Assembly (NCBI GenBank): GCA_030526425.1
Contig: JAUNCT010000005.1
Coordinates: forward strand, 5,930 to 69,929
Direction of reading: 5' to 3'
Source of the DNA: Clostridia bacterium
GTDB lineage: Bacteria; Bacillota; Clostridia; Christensenellales; CAG-138
DNA: 64,000 nucleotides
Part shown: piece by piece, positions 19,286 to 28,578 of the stretch
How positions within the stretch are numbered: the stretch's first letter is position 1
Layout of the letters: each line of letters opens with the position of its first letter
Translations under genes and position numbers: made by a program
The notes under the pieces: generated by a model
Seen by the model: only the letters and a program-made list of their open reading frames with translations
What the model was told of the DNA's origin: nothing
Database searches by the model: none

Positions 19286-19999
19286 TCATTTTGTTGATTC
19301 GCTGTTTTGCGAGGGGGTATCGGTCAGTGCTCGGATGACTTCCGCATATTCGGTCAGTGCGGCGGTGCCCACAGAGGAAACGGCGTAACGCCCCTTGGCG
19401 GTGTGCGAGAACCATCCGTAATGGTTCAGGTACAGAATGTTCGTCGCGCGGGCAACGCCCGAAGCGTTGCGGATCTCCGCAGTCGCCGCTTCGCCGCCGA
19501 GCTCCGCAAGGGCGTGCAGTACGAGCAGGGCTTCTTCGCGGTAAGCGGTGAGCAGTTTCGTTTTGTTGACACCGCCGGTGTTGGTTTTGAGGCGGCGCTG
19601 CCGGAGTTCTTCCGCAAGGGCGTCGCGCTGCGCTTTGTTGCGCGCCTGAAAAGCGGAAAGCTCCCCGGGAACGGGGTCGAGCACGACTTCCGCGCGTCCT
19701 GTGCGTTTCGAAACGACGATCAGCCCGATCCCAAGGCGCTTGAGCAGGTATTGCTTGTCCTTGCCGCTGCGGCTGTACAGATCCCGCGGACGGGGAACGG
19801 CGATGTAAACGAAATCCGCGATCTTCTGACGGAGCGCCGCTTGTTGTACAACGCGGAAATTCAGGGATTCCTTCAGTTCGACGGCGATGCGGACATCGTT
19901 TTTTTCGAGCACGAGGTCGATGCCGCCGACCTCGCCGTCGCCCCGGTATCCCGTTTCCTCGAACAAAGCTTTGACGGCGGGGAACAGTTCCTTTTCCAT
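19286..19999 (-). CDS. DUF2161 family putative PD-(D/E)xK phosphodiesterase
   Basis: EKELFPAVK...GEV..IDLV...VELK; TAYREEAL; NHYGWF motifs. Confidence 0.85.
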   Translation of the reverse strand: MEKELFPAVKALFEETGYRGDGEVGGIDLVLEKNDVRIAVELKESLNFRVVQQAALRQKIADFVYIAVPRPRDLYSRSGKDKQYLLKRLGIGLIVVSKRTGRAEVVLDPVPGELSAFQARNKAQRDALAEELRQRRLKTNTGGVNKTKLLTAYREEALLVLHALAELGGEAATAEIRNASGVARATNILYLNHYGWFSHTAKGRYAVSSVGTAALTEYAEVIRALTDTPSQNSESTK

Positions 20000-20002
20000 G
20001 GT

Positions 20003-20707
20003 TCAGTTTCCGGACAGCGCGGCAACGAGCCGCGGCACTTCCGCGATGGAGGTGACCGTATAGTCGATGGGCAGATCGGTATCGTCCGTCCTCCCGGCGG
20101 GATCGAAACGGCAGGTGATGAGTCCCGCGGCGCAACCGCCCTTCATATCGCTGGTCAGCGAATCGCCGACGATCATCACGCGTTTCCTGTCAGTCACGCC
20201 GATGGCGGTGAGTACCAGGTCGAAGTAGCGGGTGTCGGGCTTTTCGAAGCCGACATCCTCGCTGATGAACACGCCGTCGAACAGCTCGGCGAGCCCCGAG
20301 ACCGCGAGCTTTTTCGTTTGCGCCTGTTTGGTGCCGTTCGTTACGGCGTACTGGCGGACGCCGCGGTTTTTCAGCTCCGTGACGGTTTCGAGCGCGCCGG
20401 GGATGAACGAAACGAATTCACCGAGCATCGGCTGATAAGCCGCGTTGAAGGCGGGAGCCAAGCCGGTGTCGATGCCGTACCGCGAAAAGAAGAGGCGGAA
20501 CCGCTCCACGAGGATCTCCTGCTTGGGCGCCTCCCCGCGTTCGAGCCGTTCCCACTGTTTTTCGTTGATGTCGGAATAGGCGGCGAGCATCTCATCGGTG
20601 CATTCGCCTAGGCCGAACCGCGCGAACAGCGCGGGGACGGCGCCCCGTTCCGCCGCTTTGAAATCCAGCAGCGTTCCGTCGATATCCCAAAGGACGGTGA
20701 TCTCCAT
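20003..20707 (-). CDS. YjjG-type HAD nucleotidase
   Basis: DIDGTLLDF, TNG, EKPD, GDSLTSD. Confidence 0.88.
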   Translation of the reverse strand: MEITVLWDIDGTLLDFKAAERGAVPALFARFGLGECTDEMLAAYSDINEKQWERLERGEAPKQEILVERFRLFFSRYGIDTGLAPAFNAAYQPMLGEFVSFIPGALETVTELKNRGVRQYAVTNGTKQAQTKKLAVSGLAELFDGVFISEDVGFEKPDTRYFDLVLTAIGVTDRKRVMIVGDSLTSDMKGGCAAGLITCRFDPAGRTDDTDLPIDYTVTSIAEVPRLVAALSGN

Positions 20708-20711
20708 CGGC

Positions 20712-20939
20712 TCAGTCCTTCAGGTCTTTGAGGGCGGCGAGCGCTTCGATATCCGACTGCTGCAGGCGGATCCCCGTCTTGTATTCCGTTCCGTCGGGAT
20801 AGCGGACGGCAACGGCGATCTCCATGCCCTCGCATGCGCCGTGCGCGCGGATCCCTTCGAGGAACGGTGCGAGTTTCGGATGATTGCGGTTGACGGTATC
20901 CCAGGATTTTTTCGCTTTCCACATTGCGCCGAGATTCAT
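20712..20939 (-). CDS. Small hypothetical protein (75 aa)
   Basis: RBS GGAGG; MNLGAMWKAKKSWDTVNRNHPK...; stops 4 nt before the yjjG-like start. Confidence 0.7.
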   Translation of the reverse strand: MNLGAMWKAKKSWDTVNRNHPKLAPFLEGIRAHGACEGMEIAVAVRYPDGTEYKTGIRLQQSDIEALAALKDLKD

Positions 20940-21098
20940 AGACGAATGTTCAACCTCCGTTATTTCGATTCGATAATGTCCCATTATAATGAAAACGGGA
21001 CGGGTCGGCAAGCGAGGGCGGCGGACCGCGGAAAAGAAAGCGGAAAACAAAAGCATCCTCTGTTTCTCTCTTGGCGTGCTGTGGTATAATATTCGGAT

Positions 21099-22586
21099 AT
21101 GAAACAGAATGCGACCAAATGGATCATCATAATGCTGTCGGTCCTGCTTGCGGCGATCCTCGCGATGGCAGGCTTTTTGGCGTGGCGTTACCGGCGGGAC
21201 GTGCGGCTTGCAGTGGAGGCGGCCGCGCGCGCGGCGGACCCGTATATCCGCCCGGACGGCATCTACGACCTGAAGAATGCGGACCTGTCGGATGCGCGCC
21301 TGTTCGACATCGCGGATGCCCGTTCCGTCGATCTGAGCGGAAGAGAGATCGACCCCGGTGCGATCGAAGCGATCTGCGGCAAGAACCCCGGCGCGGAGAT
21401 CCTTTGGGATGTGCCGTTCGCGGGGGAGCGCATCCCGAATACGGCGGAAACGCTGTATATTTCCGACTTCGGCGCGGAAACGAAGAAAGCCTTGGGTTAC
21501 TTCACGAAGCTCCGCACGCTGAACGCCGTTGCGGTGCCCGAATACCGGGCGGTCATGGAATATGCGGAAACGCACCCCGAACTTGAGGTGGTGTACGGCG
21601 TTCCGCTGTTCGGGAAGACCGTTCTTTCCACGGAGCAATGGCTCGATCTGACCGGCGTCGGCGCGGCGGATTTCGATGCGGATGAACTGCTCGAAGCGCT
21701 GGAGGCGCTGCCCGGGGTGACGGATGTCGACCTGGTCGGCATGGAATTGGATGATGCGACGAAGCTGGCACTCAAAGCCGCGCATCCCGGGATCCGTTGG
21801 TACTGGTTCGTGAACGCCGGCGGAAAGCGGTTCGAAAGCACGGCGAAGAAGCTCGATTTCACCGATTGCGATTTTGCTTCCTTCGATGCGTTTCTGGATG
21901 TGGTCCGCCTGATGAACACGCCGGAATACGTCGATGTTGCGACGCAGGGCTTCGAAAGCGTTCAGATGGAAAAAGCGTGCGCGGAGTTTCCGGATACGGT
22001 GTTCGCGTGGACGCTACGCATCGGCAAGTATTTCGTGCGTACCGATGCACAGGTCATCGACCTCGGCTATGAATCGGGCGACCGCGCGTTGCGCAACGCC
22101 GATATCGTGCCGCTCAAGTATTGCAGCCGGCTGGAGGCGCTCAGCCTCAACAACCAGAGCATTTCGGATCTGACGCCGCTTGCGGGGCTGACGAAGCTCA
22201 GAGTTCTGTGTCTCGGCGCGAACAAGATCTCGGACCTGCGTCCGCTGGCAAACCTGAAGAAGCTGCAATATCTGAACCTCACCTCGAACAAGGTGTGCGA
22301 CCTTGCGCCGCTTGCGGGGCTGAGCGAATTGACCGACCTGAACGTGATGGACAACGACGTGACGGATCTTTCTCCCCTGTTCGGAATGAAAAAGATGCGG
22401 CACCTGTATGTCGGCGGTAACGATGGGCTCACGCCCGGCGCTTCGGACCGTGCGGCGGAAGCACTCGGCGCAAACGCGCAGGTCAATGCGAGTGCGAAGG
22501 GCAACTGGAAGAACAATCCCGTCCGCGATACCGTGGACGACATCTTCGTTTCCCGTTCGATGCGCACGCTGTACCCCGAAGGATAA
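21099..22586 (+). CDS. Membrane-anchored leucine-rich repeat protein
   Basis: N-terminal TM; LRRs NQSISDLTPLAGLTKLRVL etc.; VRTDA...DIVPLKYC motif shared with the other two LRR proteins. Confidence 0.85.
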   Translation: MKQNATKWIIIMLSVLLAAILAMAGFLAWRYRRDVRLAVEAAARAADPYIRPDGIYDLKNADLSDARLFDIADARSVDLSGREIDPGAIEAICGKNPGAEILWDVPFAGERIPNTAETLYISDFGAETKKALGYFTKLRTLNAVAVPEYRAVMEYAETHPELEVVYGVPLFGKTVLSTEQWLDLTGVGAADFDADELLEALEALPGVTDVDLVGMELDDATKLALKAAHPGIRWYWFVNAGGKRFESTAKKLDFTDCDFASFDAFLDVVRLMNTPEYVDVATQGFESVQMEKACAEFPDTVFAWTLRIGKYFVRTDAQVIDLGYESGDRALRNADIVPLKYCSRLEALSLNNQSISDLTPLAGLTKLRVLCLGANKISDLRPLANLKKLQYLNLTSNKVCDLAPLAGLSELTDLNVMDNDVTDLSPLFGMKKMRHLYVGGNDGLTPGASDRAAEALGANAQVNASAKGNWKNNPVRDTVDDIFVSRSMRTLYPEG

Positions 22587-22598
22587 GAGAGGAAACCA

Positions 22599-23417
22599 AT
22601 GGACAGAAGAGATATCTGCGTATTCGATTCCGGCATGGGCGGGCTGACCTGTATCCGTCAGCTGACGGAACTGCTACCGAACGAGACGCTGCGCTATTTC
22701 GGCGACACGGGGCGTGTTCCTTACGGCAACCGCTCCGCGGAGATCCTGTTGCAGTACGCACGGCAGGACGTCGCATTTTTGAAAACCTTTTCCCCGAAGG
22801 CGATCGTCATCGCGTGCGGAACGGTCTCGACGACTTGTCTGGACCTGCTTCGCGCGGAGAACAAGGGCGTGCCCGTGCTCGGCGTGGTCGGTCCCGCGTC
22901 CGAGAAGGCGGCGAAGGTCAGCAAAAACGGGCGCATCGGCGTGGTCGGGACCCGGGCGACGATCCGCACCGGCGCATACGAAAAGGCGATCCGCAGGCTC
23001 CGTCCCGAGGCGGTGTTCGAGAGCAAGCACTGTCCGCTGCTCGTTCCGCTCGTGGAGGACGGGCGCGTCACGGAAAAGGATACCGTCACGAAGCTGATGA
23101 TCCGGGAGTACTTCGCCCCGATGAAGCGGGCGGAGGTCGACACCATCGTGCTCGGCTGTACGCACTACCCGTTGCTGACGGAGCTGATCCGTGAAGAGAT
23201 GGGACCGGACGTGACGCTGATCGACACCGGACGCGAGGTCGCGCTCGCGCTGAAACAGCTTCTCGAACAGAAGGACGCGCTGACGGACAGCGCGGAAGAG
23301 GGGAACCGGTATTACTACGCGAGCGATTCCGCAACGGATTTCGCATCGCTCGCATCGGTGTTCCTCGGCTGCAATATCGAAGGCAGTGTCGAACGGATCG
23401 ATATCGGCAAATATTGA
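22599..23417 (+). CDS. murI: Glutamate racemase
   Basis: FDSGMGGL, VPYG, IACGT, LGCTHYP. Confidence 0.95.
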   Translation: MDRRDICVFDSGMGGLTCIRQLTELLPNETLRYFGDTGRVPYGNRSAEILLQYARQDVAFLKTFSPKAIVIACGTVSTTCLDLLRAENKGVPVLGVVGPASEKAAKVSKNGRIGVVGTRATIRTGAYEKAIRRLRPEAVFESKHCPLLVPLVEDGRVTEKDTVTKLMIREYFAPMKRAEVDTIVLGCTHYPLLTELIREEMGPDVTLIDTGREVALALKQLLEQKDALTDSAEEGNRYYYASDSATDFASLASVFLGCNIEGSVERIDIGKY

Positions 23418-23503
23418 TCTGCCCGCAGCAGGACGGAGGGAGTCCGCGGTGAAGCGCGGTGAACTCCGGCAGCAGGCAGAAGAAACGGATAAAGGAGAAA
23501 AAG

Positions 23504-24154
23504 ATGGCGAAGTATTTGTTGTTTGACCTCGACGGAACGCTGACCGATCCCGCGATCGGCATCACGAACGCGGTGATGGTCGCATTGGCGCATTGGAACA
23601 TCCACCCCGCAACGCGGGAGGAGCTGTATCCCTTCATCGGACCGCCGCTTCTCGACAGCTTCATGAAATTCTACGGTTTCACGGAGGATCAGGCGCATGA
23701 GGCGATCCGCCATTACCGCGGTCACTACGCGACGATCGGTCTGTATGAAAACAAGGTGTACGACGGCGTTGCGGAGATGCTCCGCAATCTGAAGGAAGCG
23801 GGCAAGGTCATCCTGCTGGCGACTTCGAAGCCCGAAGCGTTTGCCGAAAAGATCCTCGAAAAATTCGGTCTTTCCGTGTATTTCGACGGGATATACGGTT
23901 CGCTCCTGAACGAGACCCGCGTCCACAAGGACGAGGTCATCGAATACGCGCTCGAGCAGCACGGGAACCCGGCGCCGGAGGATTGTCTGATGATCGGCGA
24001 CCGCGAACACGATGTATTCGGTTCTGCGAAGCACGGACTTTCCTGTGTGGGCGTGCTGTACGGTTACGGTGACGCGGAGGAACTGACGAAAGCGGGTGCG
24101 GTGCATCTGTGCGAGACCGTGAAGGATCTCGAAGAATATCTGCTGAACGCATAA
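23504..24154 (+). CDS. HAD hydrolase (phosphoglycolate phosphatase-like)
   Basis: FDLDGTL, FIGPPL, ATSKP, MIGDREHD; RBS AAGGAG. Confidence 0.88.
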   Translation: MAKYLLFDLDGTLTDPAIGITNAVMVALAHWNIHPATREELYPFIGPPLLDSFMKFYGFTEDQAHEAIRHYRGHYATIGLYENKVYDGVAEMLRNLKEAGKVILLATSKPEAFAEKILEKFGLSVYFDGIYGSLLNETRVHKDEVIEYALEQHGNPAPEDCLMIGDREHDVFGSAKHGLSCVGVLYGYGDAEELTKAGAVHLCETVKDLEEYLLNA

Positions 24155-24200
24155 GCTGCGGCAACAAGAAAAGGACGGGCGCGGAGCCCGTCCTTTTTGC

Positions 24201-25532
24201 TTACAAAACGCACAGCCCTTCCGGAACGGCGCGCTCGCGTTCGGAATGATCCGAAGGATCCCGGTCGGAGACGCGGAGCGCACGCCCTTCCCGGGTCAGG
24301 ATCTGCGCCGAACCGCCGCCGTCGAGGTTGACCCCGCAGACGACGCCGAGTTTCGCGGCGATCGATGCCACTTCGGAAAGGGAGGCGCCACGGCTTTCGG
24401 TTTCGGGGTCGTCCCCGAACTTCGGACGTCCCTCGAACCAGAGGAGAACGGGTTCTCCGCACTTGTCCGCGCCGAGAAGCATCCGCGGTGCGCGGTCTCT
24501 TTTATAGTCCAACGGGTAGAGGCTCGGCGGATACGAGGGACCGAACGGACGGCGGATATTCCAAAACGGGGAACGGAAGCCCAAAACAGGCACGCCGTTT
24601 TCCACCGCGGCGTTGCCGCATTGCACGCCGAACCGCACGTCTTCCAACCCGTGGTAGGAGACGCGGTCACCCGGGCGGATGCCCTCGGCGTCATCTGTGC
24701 GCAGAACGAAACCGGAGGAGGGGACGGGCGTTCCGCCGCCCTCCGTTACGGCAAGCACGGTGTCGTGTACGATGACCAGTTCGGTTCCCCGTCCCGGGGG
24801 CGTTTTCCGGCAGGAGGGGCGGCTGAAAAGGGCGGCGTTCTTGCCGGGGACGAATTCCTTTCCGGCTGCGGTCAGGGTCAAATCCGTGAGATCGGGTTTG
24901 GAGATGCGGATATCTCCGTTGTTCCGGACGAGCAACGCTTCCCTGCCGAACAGCGGCGGCGCAACGATCTTTCCGTTTTGCACGCGGAGACCCAGCGGGG
25001 TGCCGAGCCGGTCGAAGGCGGTCATGCAATCGATGCGGTCCATCGTGAAAAAGCCGAGATTGGCGCGGAGCCGGGCGGTTGTTTCGGACCTTGTCAGAAA
25101 ACCGAGCTCCGCACCGACGGGCAATATGACCGTCCCGGGACGGAGACCGGGGACGATCGCCGTGCAGCCGCGGCTTGCAAGCGTGTGCCACAGGGCTTCC
25201 GCAGCAGGGGAGGAGAAGCGCGGCGTCGCATGGTACAGGCGCATGCCGTACCGGAGGATCAGCGTCGCGCGGAGCAGCGGATCCGCGATCTCCATTCCGG
25301 GGACGTCCGGGACCCGGATATCCCGTGGCAAGCGGAAAAACGCGAGCTTCGCATACAGCCAGCGATACCGCGGGACGATGAAATCGCGGTACAGACCGGT
25401 GATCTGCGAGAATGCCTCCGCATCCGGTTCCGGTGAAAAAAAGCGCAACCGGTGCCAGTTGCCCGGCACGATGCGTTGTACCCGCGTAAAGCCGCCGCCC
25501 TGCATTTGAAAAGTACGGAGTTCCTGCTGCAT
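24201..25532 (-). CDS. Cytoplasmic NAGPA-domain protein
   Basis: RAPRMLLG...WFEGR...GASLSE...NLDGGGS; no signal peptide; RBS AGGGGG before ATG 25532. Confidence 0.72.
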   Translation of the reverse strand: MQQELRTFQMQGGGFTRVQRIVPGNWHRLRFFSPEPDAEAFSQITGLYRDFIVPRYRWLYAKLAFFRLPRDIRVPDVPGMEIADPLLRATLILRYGMRLYHATPRFSSPAAEALWHTLASRGCTAIVPGLRPGTVILPVGAELGFLTRSETTARLRANLGFFTMDRIDCMTAFDRLGTPLGLRVQNGKIVAPPLFGREALLVRNNGDIRISKPDLTDLTLTAAGKEFVPGKNAALFSRPSCRKTPPGRGTELVIVHDTVLAVTEGGGTPVPSSGFVLRTDDAEGIRPGDRVSYHGLEDVRFGVQCGNAAVENGVPVLGFRSPFWNIRRPFGPSYPPSLYPLDYKRDRAPRMLLGADKCGEPVLLWFEGRPKFGDDPETESRGASLSEVASIAAKLGVVCGVNLDGGGSAQILTREGRALRVSDRDPSDHSERERAVPEGLCVL

Positions 25533-25631
25533 GTTTCCCCCTGCATCGGTGGATGTGTTTTGGGATATTATAGCACGGTGCTGTGCGCATGAAAAAAGCC
25601 GCAATGGGATTGCGGCTTTTACGGTCGTTCG

Positions 25632-27518
25632 TTACGCCATCAGTTCGAGGACTTTTTCGACGTAAGCTGCGGGATCCTCGGGAAGGATGCCCTCGATCAG
25701 CTGCGCCTGCGTGAAGAGGACGCCGGCATAGTCGTTGAGCTTTTCGGTCTCGCCCTGTGCGCTCATGAGGCTGAGCCTCGTGAACAGCGGATGCTCGGGG
25801 TTGAGCTCGAGGACGCGGTCGGCCTTGAGTTTGTTTTCGCCGCCGGTGGGCATCGCGTTGAGGACCTTTTCCATGCCGATGGACAGCGGACCGTCGGAGG
25901 AGAGGCATACGGCGTGCTTTTTGAGACGGGTGGAGATGCGCACATCGTTGACGCGGTCCTTCAGGGATTCCTTCAGGGCATCGAGCAACGGCTTGTTCTT
26001 CTCGCCGAGCGTCTTTGCGGCTTCTTCATCCTCTTTGCCGAGGTCGAGGTCGCCGGCGGTCACGGATTTGAACGCGTGCTCCGCGTAGTTCTGCATCATC
26101 TGCAGCGCGAATTCGTCGACGTCGTCGGTGAGGAAGAGGACGTCGTAGCCCTTGTCCTCGAAGGCGTCGAGCTGCGGCATGCTCTTGAGCCGCGCGATGC
26201 TGTCGCCTGCGGCGTAGTAGATCTCCTTCTGCTCTTCGGGCATCGCATCGACATACTCCTTCAGCGTGATGAGCTTATCCTGCTTCATCGAGTGGAAGAG
26301 CAGCAGGTCGCGCAGCAACTCGGAATGCATGCCGTAGTCGACATAGCTGCCGTACTTGAGCTGCAGACCGAAGGCCTTGAAGAAGGTCTCGTATTTTTCG
26401 CGGTCGTTCTTGAGCATGTTCTCCAGCTCGGACTTGATCTTCTTCTCGATGTTTTTCGAGATGACCTTGAGCTGGCGGTCGTGCTGGAGCATCTCACGGG
26501 AGATGTTGAGGGAGAGGTCCGGAGAATCGACGAGACCGCGGACGAAGCTGAAGTAGTCGGGCAGCAGATCGGAGCACTTGTCCATAATGAGCACGCCGTT
26601 CGCGTACAGCTGCAGACCATTTTCGAACTGCTTGGTGTAGTAATCGTAGGGGGCGTGCGCGGGGATGTACATGAGCGCCGTGTAGCTCACGGAACCCTCC
26701 GCATTGGTATGGACGGTGCGGAGCGGTTTTTCATAATCGGCGAACTTATCGGAATAGAATCCGTCGTAATCCTCCTGCGTGAGTTCGGACTTGGAGCGCT
26801 TCCAGATCGGGACGAGGCTGTTCAGCGTTTCGATCTCGGTGTAGGTCTCGTACTCGTCGGAGTCCTCCTTCTTGCGGGAGCGCTCCATCTCCATGCGGAT
26901 GGGGTAGCGGATGTAGGAGCTGTATTTGCGCACGAGCTGCTGCAGACGGTACTGCTCGAGGTACTCGTCGTAGCACTCGCCATCGGCGTCCTCTTTGAGC
27001 TCGAGGATGATGTCCGTGCCGTGACCGTCGCGGGTCGCGGGTTCGACGGAGAAGCCCTCCGCACCCTCGGAGACCCACTGCCAGGCTTCTTCCGAACCGA
27101 ATGCGCGGGAAACGACGGTGACGCGCTTGGCGACCATGAATGCCGCATAGAAGCCGACGCCGAACTGACCGATGACGGCCGTGTCGGTCTTGGAAAGGTC
27201 GTGTTCGGCCTTGAATTTGAAGGTGCCGCTGTCGGCGATCGTTCCGAGGTTTTGGATGAGCTCTTCCTTCGTCATGCCGCAACCGTTGTCGCTGATGGTC
27301 AGCGTGTTCGCGGTCTTGTCGGACTTGAGACGGATCTCGAAATCATCCTTGTTCATGCCGGTCACACCGCCCTCGAGGGAACGGTAGTACAGCTTGTCGA
27401 TCGCGTCGGACGCGTTGCTGATGAGCTCGCGCAGAAAGATCTCCTTGTGCGTGTAGATCGAGTTGATCATCAGGTCGAGGAGCCGCGCGGACTCCGCTTT
27501 GAATTGCTGCAGTGCCAT
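25632..27518 (-). CDS. htpG: Chaperone HtpG (Hsp90)
   Basis: IFLRELISNASDA, DNGCGM, IGQFGVGFY, LNISRE. Confidence 0.97.
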   Translation of the reverse strand: MALQQFKAESARLLDLMINSIYTHKEIFLRELISNASDAIDKLYYRSLEGGVTGMNKDDFEIRLKSDKTANTLTISDNGCGMTKEELIQNLGTIADSGTFKFKAEHDLSKTDTAVIGQFGVGFYAAFMVAKRVTVVSRAFGSEEAWQWVSEGAEGFSVEPATRDGHGTDIILELKEDADGECYDEYLEQYRLQQLVRKYSSYIRYPIRMEMERSRKKEDSDEYETYTEIETLNSLVPIWKRSKSELTQEDYDGFYSDKFADYEKPLRTVHTNAEGSVSYTALMYIPAHAPYDYYTKQFENGLQLYANGVLIMDKCSDLLPDYFSFVRGLVDSPDLSLNISREMLQHDRQLKVISKNIEKKIKSELENMLKNDREKYETFFKAFGLQLKYGSYVDYGMHSELLRDLLLFHSMKQDKLITLKEYVDAMPEEQKEIYYAAGDSIARLKSMPQLDAFEDKGYDVLFLTDDVDEFALQMMQNYAEHAFKSVTAGDLDLGKEDEEAAKTLGEKNKPLLDALKESLKDRVNDVRISTRLKKHAVCLSSDGPLSIGMEKVLNAMPTGGENKLKADRVLELNPEHPLFTRLSLMSAQGETEKLNDYAGVLFTQAQLIEGILPEDPAAYVEKVLELMA

Positions 27519-27554
27519 ATCTATACCACCTTTAACAGTATAAAAATAAAAGTT

Positions 27555-27581
27555 TTAGCACTCTCGTTACTTGAGTGCTAA
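27555..27581. promoter_or_regulatory. CIRCE element (HrcA operator) upstream of htpG
   Basis: Perfect TTAGCACTC-N9-GAGTGCTAA. Confidence 0.95.
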
Positions 27582-27641
27582 AACCATTATAGCCTCGTTT
27601 GGGGAAATTGCAAGTGGTGGCATTGTGAAAAAGATGTAACG

Positions 27642-28385
27642 TTACGCAAAGCGGATGGAGATCTCCCCGGAGGTCAGTGCTTCTTCGGAACCGTCTTCGA
27701 AACGGACGAGCAGAGCCCCGTCATCCCCGATTTCCAGCGCTTCCGCCACGCGCGATGTTTCGCCGCGCAGCACGTTGACGCGTTTTCCAACCACGTTCGA
27801 ACAACTGCGGTAGTCCTCCAGCCAGCTGCGGTCGCCGGGGTTTTGCGCAAAGGGCAACAGCTCCTTGACGATCTCGGTGAGCAGCGTTTCTTTCGGGATA
27901 TCGGTGCGCAGTGCGCCGGCGCGTTCGGCGATGTCCTCGGGGAAGTCTTCGGTGGTCAGATTGATCCCGATGCCGATGAGTACGGCGAGCGAACCGTCCG
28001 GTGCTGCTGCGGCTTCGGTGAGGATGCCCGCGATCTTTTTCGGACCGAGATACAGATCGTTGACCCATTTGACGGTGACGTCCGCACCTGTCAGCCGGCG
28101 GATGGCGCGGAGCGCGGCAACGGCGGCCGCCTGCGTGAGCGGGACCGCATCTGCCGGACCGCCGTGCGGAGAAACGACGAGGGTGAAATACAGCCCCGTG
28201 TTCTTCGGAGAATAGAAGTTGCGGCCGAGTCTGCCGCGGCCTGCGGTCTGATGATCCGCAACGAGCAGCAGGGGAAGCGCCGCGCCTGCGCGGATGAGAC
28301 GCTTTCCTTCGGTGTTCGTCGAGTCGATCTCGGCGTATCTGCGGATGCCGAGGGACGGAAACAGGGATTCCGGGGTGTTGTTCAT
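27642..28385 (-). CDS. birA: Biotin--protein ligase (no N-terminal HTH)
   Basis: DSTN, QTAGRGRLGR, KWVND, KKIAGIL, GIGIN; start inferred. Confidence 0.9.
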   Translation of the reverse strand: MNNTPESLFPSLGIRRYAEIDSTNTEGKRLIRAGAALPLLLVADHQTAGRGRLGRNFYSPKNTGLYFTLVVSPHGGPADAVPLTQAAAVAALRAIRRLTGADVTVKWVNDLYLGPKKIAGILTEAAAAPDGSLAVLIGIGINLTTEDFPEDIAERAGALRTDIPKETLLTEIVKELLPFAQNPGDRSWLEDYRSCSNVVGKRVNVLRGETSRVAEALEIGDDGALLVRFEDGSEEALTSGEISIRFA

Positions 28386-28578
28386 TGGCTTGCTCCGAGT
28401 ATGGGATGAGGGTATTGTATCACAGCCGGCGCACGGCATGGTATAATTCTGTGGTCGTGCAAGGAACGGAGCGACACCGTTCGGCACGATACGGCGCGGG
28501 CACATCGGTCCGCCGGCCGATATGACAAAAAAAGGAGAAACGGCGGGCACCCGACCGAAAGGGACCCGCGATACCACG

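Noticed and set aside
23418-23480. Long hairpin between murI and the HAD gene
   Set aside because: Single copy, no U-tract and no recognisable RNA family; probably an mRNA stability or processing stem.
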